A DNA stretch of 64,000 nt from Bacillota bacterium (GTDB lineage Bacteria > Bacillota > Sulfobacillia > JAMCWA01), in contig JAMCWA010000070.1 of NCBI GenBank assembly GCA_023475165.1, forward strand, positions 31,672 to 95,671, written 5' to 3'. Numbering within the stretch: position 1 is the stretch's first letter; the number at the start of each line of letters is the position of its first letter. A program made the translations under genes and the position numbers. Shown one piece after another: positions 55,726 to 64,000 of the stretch. The notes under the pieces are model-generated. The model did no database searches. It saw only the letters and a list, made by a program, of their open reading frames with translations, and had not been told where the DNA came from.

Positions 55726-56820
55726 TTAGAGACCCGTGGCTGGATCGTTCCCGCGCGTCCCCTCTTCGCTCTCCCTTCCCTCGCCGGAAACCACGCCGCG
55801 CCAATAATTCAATATGTCACGCAGTGACCCTTCAAGGGTATGGCGGGGTTCCCAGCCGGTAGCCTGCCGAAAAGAGGAAGCATCCCCGACGAGGGTCGGC
55901 ACTTCCACCGGACGCAAGCGAGCAGGGTCGACGCTTACCCGAATTGGCCGCCTAGCCAGGGCTAGGAGGATGTCCAGCACCTGGCGGATCTGGTAACTCC
56001 GGCCCGAGGCGAGGTTATAAACGCGCCCAGGTTCGGCACGGGACAGGGCAAGAAGATAGGCGGAGACCACATCGCGCACATCGAGGAAATCCCGCTCGGC
56101 TCCGAGGTTGCCAACGACAATTTCTGCCGGCGCCAGGCCGGCTTCGATCCGCGCAATTTGAAAAGCAAAATCACTGGCGACAAAGCCCAATGCCTGCCCC
56201 GGTCCGATATGGTTGAACGGCCGGAGGTGAATGGCGTTTAAGCCGTACTGCCGGTAAAATTGCATGGCCAAATGCCCTTGGGCGAGCTTACTGATACCAT
56301 AAGGATTGACCGGTTTGGTTGGGTGATCTTCGGTGATCGGTAATGACCTCGGAGGACCATACTCTTCACTGGAGCCGATGCTGAGCAGAATCCCGCCCGG
56401 GTTTAACTTGGCGAAAGCGGAAAATAGGTTCAGGCTACCAATGATGTTCGTTTCCAGCACCGATCCTGGCTCCTGCCAGGATCGCTGAACAGAACTGATG
56501 GCAGCAAGATGAATGACGGCCTCTGGTTGGACCTCTCGGACTACTCGTTCTACTGCCGCCTGGTCTCTGATGTCCATTTGGATGGAGGACCAGGTACCCC
56601 TTTGCGGTGACGCGGTTCCCAGGTCTTCATGCCCTCTACTCAGCTCGTTAGAAGACTGGGATTGGATTAAAGACCAAGAAAAATCCCCTTCTCCTGAAGA
56701 TCCACTCCGCTTGGTAAGCCCGTTGGAGTGAGTGCCCCAGACCTCATGTCCTGCGGCCAGCAAGGACGGAATTAGATACCGCCCGACAAATCCACTGGCC
56801 CCAGTTACGAGTACCTTCAT
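55726..56820 (-). CDS. rmd: GDP-4-keto-6-deoxy-D-mannose reductase-like SDR (Rmd type)
   Basis: TGASGFVG, HLAAISSV, GSSEEYG, PYGISK, RPFNHIGPGQ, RDFLDVRDV; directly after gmd. Confidence 0.82.
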   Translation of the reverse strand: MKVLVTGASGFVGRYLIPSLLAAGHEVWGTHSNGLTKRSGSSGEGDFSWSLIQSQSSNELSRGHEDLGTASPQRGTWSSIQMDIRDQAAVERVVREVQPEAVIHLAAISSVQRSWQEPGSVLETNIIGSLNLFSAFAKLNPGGILLSIGSSEEYGPPRSLPITEDHPTKPVNPYGISKLAQGHLAMQFYRQYGLNAIHLRPFNHIGPGQALGFVASDFAFQIARIEAGLAPAEIVVGNLGAERDFLDVRDVVSAYLLALSRAEPGRVYNLASGRSYQIRQVLDILLALARRPIRVSVDPARLRPVEVPTLVGDASSFRQATGWEPRHTLEGSLRDILNYWRGVVSGEGRESEEGTRGNDPATGL

Positions 56821-56949
56821 CAGCCCACCCCTGTTCCTGGATCAATCTATCATTTCGCAACCATGAACCCCGCCCGAAAAGCTTGCTCCTGACTCTATAG
56901 GGTTCGAGGGCACAATATACCCAGCCTTCTCGCGAGCACCGCCCTTAGA

Positions 56950-57975
<1,026 letters not shown>

Positions 57976-58051
57976 TCACTAAAAAACTGTTATTTTTGGA
58001 ATTTGGGGCCACTGATTTTGTGGACCCTCGTATCGGTTAAGCGGCATTAAG

Positions 58052-59212
58052 CTAACCTATAATCCTTCCCGAGTCCCTCTTTTCCCTGAACTCCAACCAT
58101 TTCTCTTGGACAAAATTAGCGATTTCCCTTTTAAACCTCTCTTTACTGAAACGCTCGGCGTTCCTACGTAAGACAGCGGGTTGGAAATTGCCTTCCCAGC
58201 CCAAGAACTGCCGAATTGCAGAAGACAAAGATTCCACACTTTGTTCTGCAAAATGAACACCAGTAGCTACGGACCAATTCCTTCCATCGGCCGGGATCAC
58301 AGTTTCGACTGCACCGCCCCTGCCATAGGCAATAACCGGTGTCCCACAGGCCTGAGCTTCAACAGGCACAATCCCAAAGTCCTCCTCAGCCGCAAAGATA
58401 ACCGCCCGGGCGCGTTCCATTAGGTCGGCCACCGCACTATCGTCCTGATAGCCCAGAAACTGCACCCTTTTTCCAGCCAAACGGCGGCATTCATTTAATT
58501 GCGGCCCGTCGCCCACGACCACGAGAGGGACTCCGATCTTAGTTAAAGCGGCCACCACAAGATCAGCCTTTTTGTAAGGCACCAAACGGGAGATGAAGAG
58601 AAAATAATCGTCCTTCTTTTCCGTCAGCTTAAACCTGTCCAAGGATACGGGGGGGTAGATAACCGTCGCCTCGCGTCGGTATATTCTCCAGATGCGTCGA
58701 GCAGTATATCGGGAGTTAGCAATAAAATAATCAACCCGGTTAGCTGCCGATGTATCCCACATGCGTAGATAGTTCAGAAAGGTCTTAGCGATAGTGCCTT
58801 TTAAACCCCGCTCTAACCGGTTCTCCCTTAGATACTGGTGCGTAAGATCCCAGATGTAGCGCATCGGAGTATGATTGTAGCAAATATGAAGCTGATCCGA
58901 CCTCGTTAAGACACCTTTGGCCGCCGCGTGGCTACTGGATAAGATCACATCGTAAGCCGAAAGATCGAACTGCTCTATGGCCAACGGGAAAAAAGGCAGG
59001 TACCGACGATACCACTTCGTGGCTTTCGGAAAACGCTGTAGGAAAGAAGCGTAAACTTGACCCTGGTCAAACCCAAGTTGGCGAATACTCTTTTCACTAA
59101 AGACCAGTGTATAAAGGGGGGCCTCAGGCCAAAGCTCGCGAAACACTTCCAGGCAGCGCTCAGCGCCGCCAAGGGTTATGACCCAGTCGTGAACGAGGGC
59201 TATTTTGCTCAT
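58052..59212 (-). CDS. GT4 glycosyltransferase (WbaZ-like)
   Basis: VHDW..GGAE, SRLVPYK, EEDFGIVPVEAQACGTPVIAYGRGG. Confidence 0.93.
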   Translation of the reverse strand: MSKIALVHDWVITLGGAERCLEVFRELWPEAPLYTLVFSEKSIRQLGFDQGQVYASFLQRFPKATKWYRRYLPFFPLAIEQFDLSAYDVILSSSHAAAKGVLTRSDQLHICYNHTPMRYIWDLTHQYLRENRLERGLKGTIAKTFLNYLRMWDTSAANRVDYFIANSRYTARRIWRIYRREATVIYPPVSLDRFKLTEKKDDYFLFISRLVPYKKADLVVAALTKIGVPLVVVGDGPQLNECRRLAGKRVQFLGYQDDSAVADLMERARAVIFAAEEDFGIVPVEAQACGTPVIAYGRGGAVETVIPADGRNWSVATGVHFAEQSVESLSSAIRQFLGWEGNFQPAVLRRNAERFSKERFKREIANFVQEKWLEFREKRDSGRIIG

Positions 59213-60345
59213 TTAACAACCTGCCTCTTCTCTGATAAGACCTCTCTATAAATCTCTTGGTGTTGAGCTGCCAGCCTGTCCCAGGTAAAGGGGGCGGCCC
59301 AACTTAGGGCTCCTCGACTGAGCTTTTCACGCAAATGGGCGTCTAAAAGTAAACGGCGTACTGCTACCACAAACCCCGGTCCGTCACTTGGGTCAACTAG
59401 CAGGACGTTCTCACCATCCTTTAGACCAGCAGGCAGGTAGCCCTTGGCGCGAGTAGTGACTACCGGCAAACCGTGCTGCATAGCTGCAATAAATGAAGCC
59501 CGTCGAAGGGAAACCCCATCGCGAAAAGGAAATAGCGCTATATCAGTTTCCGCTAAGTAGCGTGAGACGGCTTCCGGGGAACAGAAACCGGTGAAAGATA
59601 TCCCTTGAGTCACTCCTTTGGCGGAAGCAATCCCGTACAGCCTTTCCTGATTCTCTGTGGAAACGCCGCCAATAAAGAGAAGTCGAATGGGAAACCCTTC
59701 CGTGCGTAAAGCTGACAGCGTCTCCACTAGGACCTGGAAATCCTTCGACTTGTCAACAAAGCCAAAATAACTTAATGTCCACCCCGAGTCCTGGCCGAGC
59801 CGCGGTCTGTGCAACTTGATAACTGGTATATTCGGTGCAAGGGGAAACAACATCGTTTTCCCCCCGGTGAAGAAAAATAGCCGTTTGACCGCAACTTGCT
59901 CCCGTCCATCGCAAACTATGATCCGGTTCGAACAGCACAACATAAAGATAGTACTGAGCCGCCGCAACGGATGCGCAATGCTGAATTCATGGAGGGTCAC
60001 CATGACCGGTATCCTTAAACGCGAAAACCTAAGGAGAAGCGGTATAAGGTTAGGAGCCAGGCCCATGCCATAGCCCTTTGAGGGATATTGGACATGGACG
60101 ACGTCTGGCCGCCAATTCTCAATTAACCTTAGAAGTTCGGGGATATCTTTGGTTCCCCACCCATGCACCTGTTGAACAGCCAAGCGTGGATGATTCGGGA
60201 CAGCTACACGCGAGTCCTCACTAGTGACAATATCTATCTGTATTCCATGATCAATCTCAAGAAGCGCCTGAGCAAGTTTCGCTGTATAATCGCCGACGCC
60301 ACACGGCATCTTTGGAAAGCTACCTACTACCAAAACTAACTTCAC
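59209..60345 (-). CDS. GT4 glycosyltransferase
   Basis: CGVGDYT, VHVQYP, TLHE, PFRDGVSLRRAS..AAMQHGLPVVTT. Confidence 0.9.
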   Translation of the reverse strand: MKLVLVVGSFPKMPCGVGDYTAKLAQALLEIDHGIQIDIVTSEDSRVAVPNHPRLAVQQVHGWGTKDIPELLRLIENWRPDVVHVQYPSKGYGMGLAPNLIPLLLRFSRLRIPVMVTLHEFSIAHPLRRLSTIFMLCCSNRIIVCDGREQVAVKRLFFFTGGKTMLFPLAPNIPVIKLHRPRLGQDSGWTLSYFGFVDKSKDFQVLVETLSALRTEGFPIRLLFIGGVSTENQERLYGIASAKGVTQGISFTGFCSPEAVSRYLAETDIALFPFRDGVSLRRASFIAAMQHGLPVVTTRAKGYLPAGLKDGENVLLVDPSDGPGFVVAVRRLLLDAHLREKLSRGALSWAAPFTWDRLAAQHQEIYREVLSEKRQVVK

Positions 60346-60348
60346 TTT

Positions 60349-61293
60349 TTATTTTCCACCGCCAATCATGATCCAAATCGTTTTGAGGTAACCAATGGAT
60401 TTAAGCAGAGCAAACCGTCCAAAGCGAAGGGATAAGATTAACCATAATCCGCTTCGCAAAAAAGAGCGAAATAATATTAGTAGGCGCAACCAGAAAATCT
60501 TTTCCGGATGGTGCCGCTCGAAATAGCGGAGCAGGCTTCTGTGCCACATAACCACTTTGGAGGCCGAATAGGCCTCGAAACCGGCTCCGCCAAAATGAAC
60601 CACTTCCGCAGAAGGCACATAGTAGACTCTATATCCGCTGCCGCGCAGGCGTCGACAAAAGTCAGTCTCCTCGAAATACATGAAAAAGTCTTCCTTGAAC
60701 CACCCAACCTTATCACCGACGGCACGTGGCAGCGCGATGCAAGCGCCCATGACCCAATCGACCGGCCCCGGCTGCTGCCGGTCCCAAAAACTCAGCTTAT
60801 GAGCGCCAAAAAGCCTGGTCTTGGGGAATAGACGATCAAGAAAAAGCGTTTCAAACAAAAGATTACGTAGCGCCGGAAAGGTATTACCAGTAAGCTGCAA
60901 TGTCCCATCGGCGTTCAGGAGCTTTGGCCCCACCGCGCCCACTTCGGGGTGTGCTCGCAAAAAATCAAGCAGCTCATCGAGAGCCCCGCTCTTAACTTCA
61001 GTGTCCGGATTTAAAAATACCACATGTTGGCCGTAAGTCTGACCAACAGCGAGATTATTGGCCCCGGCAAAGCCCAGGTTTCGATCACTAATTAAGAGAC
61101 GTACTTCGGGAAAGCGCAATTTGATAATCTCGCTTGTGCCGTCAATAGAAGCATTGTCCACGACTGTGACCTGGTAACGGTAGCGAGTTTCTTGTCGCAA
61201 TATGGAATCTAGGCACCGTACGATATCGCCGGCAGAATTATAAGTCACGATAATTATGTCCGCATCTGGGACATTTTCAGCCCTTTTACTCAC
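60349..61293 (-). CDS. GT2 glycosyltransferase (rhamnosyltransferase-like)
   Basis: IIVTYN, VDNASIDG, NLGFAGANN, FLNPD, FFMYFEETD. Confidence 0.92.
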   Translation of the reverse strand: MSKRAENVPDADIIIVTYNSAGDIVRCLDSILRQETRYRYQVTVVDNASIDGTSEIIKLRFPEVRLLISDRNLGFAGANNLAVGQTYGQHVVFLNPDTEVKSGALDELLDFLRAHPEVGAVGPKLLNADGTLQLTGNTFPALRNLLFETLFLDRLFPKTRLFGAHKLSFWDRQQPGPVDWVMGACIALPRAVGDKVGWFKEDFFMYFEETDFCRRLRGSGYRVYYVPSAEVVHFGGAGFEAYSASKVVMWHRSLLRYFERHHPEKIFWLRLLILFRSFLRSGLWLILSLRFGRFALLKSIGYLKTIWIMIGGGK

Positions 61294-61818
61294 TTACTTA
61301 AGCACCTCTAGCTCAAAGCTAACCGAACCAATTGGCAGGAGGAAAGCCAAATGCTTCTCGTAACTGTGCGGATAGCGGTTGATCAGCCGCCGGATGAATT
61401 CTTTGACAGGGTTGGTTGACCGAAAGCCAAGCTCAACCTTTCTCTTTTTGAATCTTACTTTCGAATAACCAAAATGACACAGCTCTGTTCCCTCAACAAA
61501 GTAGTCGAAGGATCGCACACCGAAAGCGTGCCTATGGGTCGGGTCGGTAAAAAAGTCAGCACTACTGAAATGGGGTACAAGTACACGTACCAGCCCCCCC
61601 GGTTTGGTAACCCTGTGTATCTCTTCCACCGCCCTTATTACATCCTCAAGATGTTCCAAAACGTGGCTAGCATTCACGAGGTCGAATTCGTCATTCGCAA
61701 ACGGCCAGGGGTAGACATTAAGATCGTGGACAACGTCTACGCCAGGACCGGGGCGGAGATCCACCCCTGTAGCGCCAGATATCTTATTAGGACCGCAGCC
61801 TAGATCAAGCACCTTCAC
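61294..61818 (-). CDS. Class I SAM-dependent methyltransferase
   Basis: LDLGCG, HDLN..PWPF, HVLEHL, DPTH; GTG start behind GAGGGGG. Confidence 0.87.
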   Translation of the reverse strand: MKVLDLGCGPNKISGATGVDLRPGPGVDVVHDLNVYPWPFANDEFDLVNASHVLEHLEDVIRAVEEIHRVTKPGGLVRVLVPHFSSADFFTDPTHRHAFGVRSFDYFVEGTELCHFGYSKVRFKKRKVELGFRSTNPVKEFIRRLINRYPHSYEKHLAFLLPIGSVSFELEVLK

Positions 61819-62953
61819 CTTTGTTTCCCCCTCTCGCTGCCTCGAGAAGTCGTAAAGTCTCTCGGGCCGTGTTCTCCCAAGAAAACTCCCGGCTCCGAGA
61901 TAAGCCTTTCTCACGCATCCTCTGCCGCAATACTGGATCTCCGTGTACATCCCATATGGCACGGGCAACTGCCGGTATATCGTAAGGATCTACCAGTAAG
62001 GCGGCGTCCCCAGCCACCTCGGGCAGGGCCGAGACATTGGAGGTGATTACCGGCGTCCCACAGGCCATTGCCTCCAGTACCGGTAGTCCGAAACCCTCAT
62101 AGAAAGGTACATATAAGAATGCGCCAGCCAGGGCATATATGGCGGGCAAGTCGTCCGCAGGCACATAATCGAGGTATATTGCCCCTTCCGTCTCTTGAAT
62201 TTTCCGCATAGTTTCTTCCCAAAGCCAGGCACGTGGTCCGGCAATGACGAGTGGCCAAGAGCAACCAGCCCTTCTGGCGAGCGTATAAGCCTCCAGCAAA
62301 CCAAGCAGATTTTTACGAGGCTGGAGTGCTCCCACATAAAGAAAGAAGTTGTTCGGCAATCTGTAGCGCCGCCGGACCTCCTCTATTGCGCCGGGGTCTA
62401 TGAGAGGACGGAAACGGACGGTGTCAACGCCACAATGCGTTACGGCAACTTTTTCTGGTGATACCCCGTAGGTGGCCAGGATATCCTGTCGTGTCGCCTC
62501 ACTGATGGTCAGGACAAGCGATGCTCGATGTACAGCGTGCTGAGTATTTCTCTTAAGGGTCTGCCGCGAGCGGCGGGGAAAGTAATTGGGGAACTTGAGA
62601 AAGGCAAGGTCAAAAATCGTGGTGACCACTGGCGGCCCGCCTGGCCAGAAGGGGGCCAAATGATTTGGCAAAAAGAGAATATCTGCTTTGTCCAAAAGAA
62701 GCTGCGGCATCAGGCGCAAATCCAGCCACAGGCGATTCCTACCGAAGGTGAAGGGCAGGATTTCCCACTTTACCCTTGGGGTAGAGGGGATAATGTCATC
62801 CGCCTTTGGGGGGTAGGCCGTGTAAAATTGGTAGTCATGTTCTTTTCCCAGACGCACCATATGGGCTAATAAATTTAGTACATAGGTATGCGTCCCAGTC
62901 CGTCCTTGATCCGCCGCACACCGGGCGTCTACCGCAATGCGCATAACACTCAT
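61805..62953 (-). CDS. GT4 glycosyltransferase (mannosyltransferase-like)
   Basis: [35 protein letters not shown]. Confidence 0.93.
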   Translation of the reverse strand: MSVMRIAVDARCAADQGRTGTHTYVLNLLAHMVRLGKEHDYQFYTAYPPKADDIIPSTPRVKWEILPFTFGRNRLWLDLRLMPQLLLDKADILFLPNHLAPFWPGGPPVVTTIFDLAFLKFPNYFPRRSRQTLKRNTQHAVHRASLVLTISEATRQDILATYGVSPEKVAVTHCGVDTVRFRPLIDPGAIEEVRRRYRLPNNFFLYVGALQPRKNLLGLLEAYTLARRAGCSWPLVIAGPRAWLWEETMRKIQETEGAIYLDYVPADDLPAIYALAGAFLYVPFYEGFGLPVLEAMACGTPVITSNVSALPEVAGDAALLVDPYDIPAVARAIWDVHGDPVLRQRMREKGLSRSREFSWENTARETLRLLEAARGGNKGEGA

Positions 62954-63981
62954 CGCCTCCTTACAACTGTTTCCACCGTCTCAAGCCCGGCGAGCCGGCA
63001 GTAAAGAAAACTTAACCTATTTAGCCAGCGCGAAAGCGAGCCACCTTCATTAAGTAACTTACAGCTCATCAATCGCAGGATCTCCCTGTCGCTAGCCTGC
63101 CGCTCGGCCTGCAACATTCTTCTCTTGGTTACGACAGCATGCAATCGTAGTAACACAGTTAGGTAACCTTTCCAAAAAGCCATGAGGCTGCGGAGAGGGA
63201 AGGCGTTACGTACGGTGCCGGCGATCAAGTCAAAGGCAAAGTAGGGAATAAGTCTAATCAAAGTGGATCGTTCGTAAAAAAGCAAACAGTTCAGCAAGCG
63301 GTTACGGGTTTGGTAAAAAATTGTATCCTGACGCTTCCGCGCTGTGACTGATCCTTTATGGTGGACTACAGCTTCTGAAACTTGGACCACTTCCCAGCCT
63401 TTGAGCCGAACCCGCCAGCTCAGGTAAACATCCTCAGCATAAAGGAAGTAATCAGGGTCAAAAGGAGAGTCACCCACCACATCCCGCTGGTACATCAGAG
63501 CGCAGCCGCTGGCAAAGAAGGTCTGCCAGGGTTCCTGAAAAACTCGCATGATGTTGTATCCAAGGAAATTAATACTGCCATTTTTCTCGTAATGCTTCAA
63601 TGGGACTCCGTCGGTATAAACTTTAGCCATTACCACGGCTACCCGGGGTTCCTGGAAAGCGCGGAGCATCTTCTCTAACCAGTCCGGAGCCGCTACAGCA
63701 TCGTTATTCAAAAGTGCAACATATTCTCCGCGGGCCTGCAGTGCCCCAAGATTGTTACCCCCGGCAAAGCCGAGATTCCGTTCCGAGCGAATTACTTTGA
63801 CTTCTGGGAACTTCTCGTTCACGTAAGCAACACTACCGTCACTGGAACCGTTATCCACCAGGATTATTTCCCGGTGGGGGTAGGTCTGGGCAACCAGCGA
63901 GTTTAGGCAGGCATCGAGGAGGGCCCGTCCGTTATAGTTAACAACTATTACGGATACAAGAGGACTCCTGGACCTAGACAA
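62950..63981 (-). CDS. GT2 glycosyltransferase
   Basis: VIVVNYNG, VDNGSSDG, NLGFAGGNN, LLNND, FLYAEDV. Confidence 0.92.
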   Translation of the reverse strand: MSRSRSPLVSVIVVNYNGRALLDACLNSLVAQTYPHREIILVDNGSSDGSVAYVNEKFPEVKVIRSERNLGFAGGNNLGALQARGEYVALLNNDAVAAPDWLEKMLRAFQEPRVAVVMAKVYTDGVPLKHYEKNGSINFLGYNIMRVFQEPWQTFFASGCALMYQRDVVGDSPFDPDYFLYAEDVYLSWRVRLKGWEVVQVSEAVVHHKGSVTARKRQDTIFYQTRNRLLNCLLFYERSTLIRLIPYFAFDLIAGTVRNAFPLRSLMAFWKGYLTVLLRLHAVVTKRRMLQAERQASDREILRLMSCKLLNEGGSLSRWLNRLSFLYCRLAGLETVETVVRRR

Positions 63982-64000
63982 ATGGCTCCCTCCTTTACTT

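Overview
This window looks like the genome of a GC-rich, anaerobic Bacillota (Clostridia-like) organism: it has sigma54 and sigmaH-type promoters, lipoprotein binding proteins and a copper-amine-oxidase N-terminal domain protein. From left to right it carries: (1) a CBS-domain sigma54 activator with its probable target promoter in front of an HMG-CoA-synthase-like gene; (2) a small mosaic remnant (NERD, MNT, truncated HEPN, IS3 end); (3) a cobN-like chelatase / ChlD / ChlI / Fe-B12-type ABC operon with an unrecognised attenuator-like leader; (4) folE-folP-folB-folK; (5) a FadR-dipeptide ABC-M20 peptidase-GGT operon ending in an uncharacterised Fe-S gene pair; (6) a divergent Ldh_2-GntR-enolase-TctCBA operon; (7) an orphan SoxB-like hydrolase and a secreted beta-propeller gene with an in-frame TGA; (8) a toxin-antitoxin/defence-like island (MNT, MNT-HEPN, VapBC, dGTPase, DUF6979-like protein, AlbA_2/Schlafen protein, 56-aa protein) containing IS remnants; (9) a sigma54 two-component-regulated polar amino acid ABC transporter; and (10) a gmd-rmd-glycosyltransferase surface glycan cluster. 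Across the window, gene 3' ends are repeatedly echoed about 70-75 bp downstream. I recognised no rRNA, tRNA, CRISPR array or intact transposase. All family calls come from motif recognition by eye; no database searches were run.
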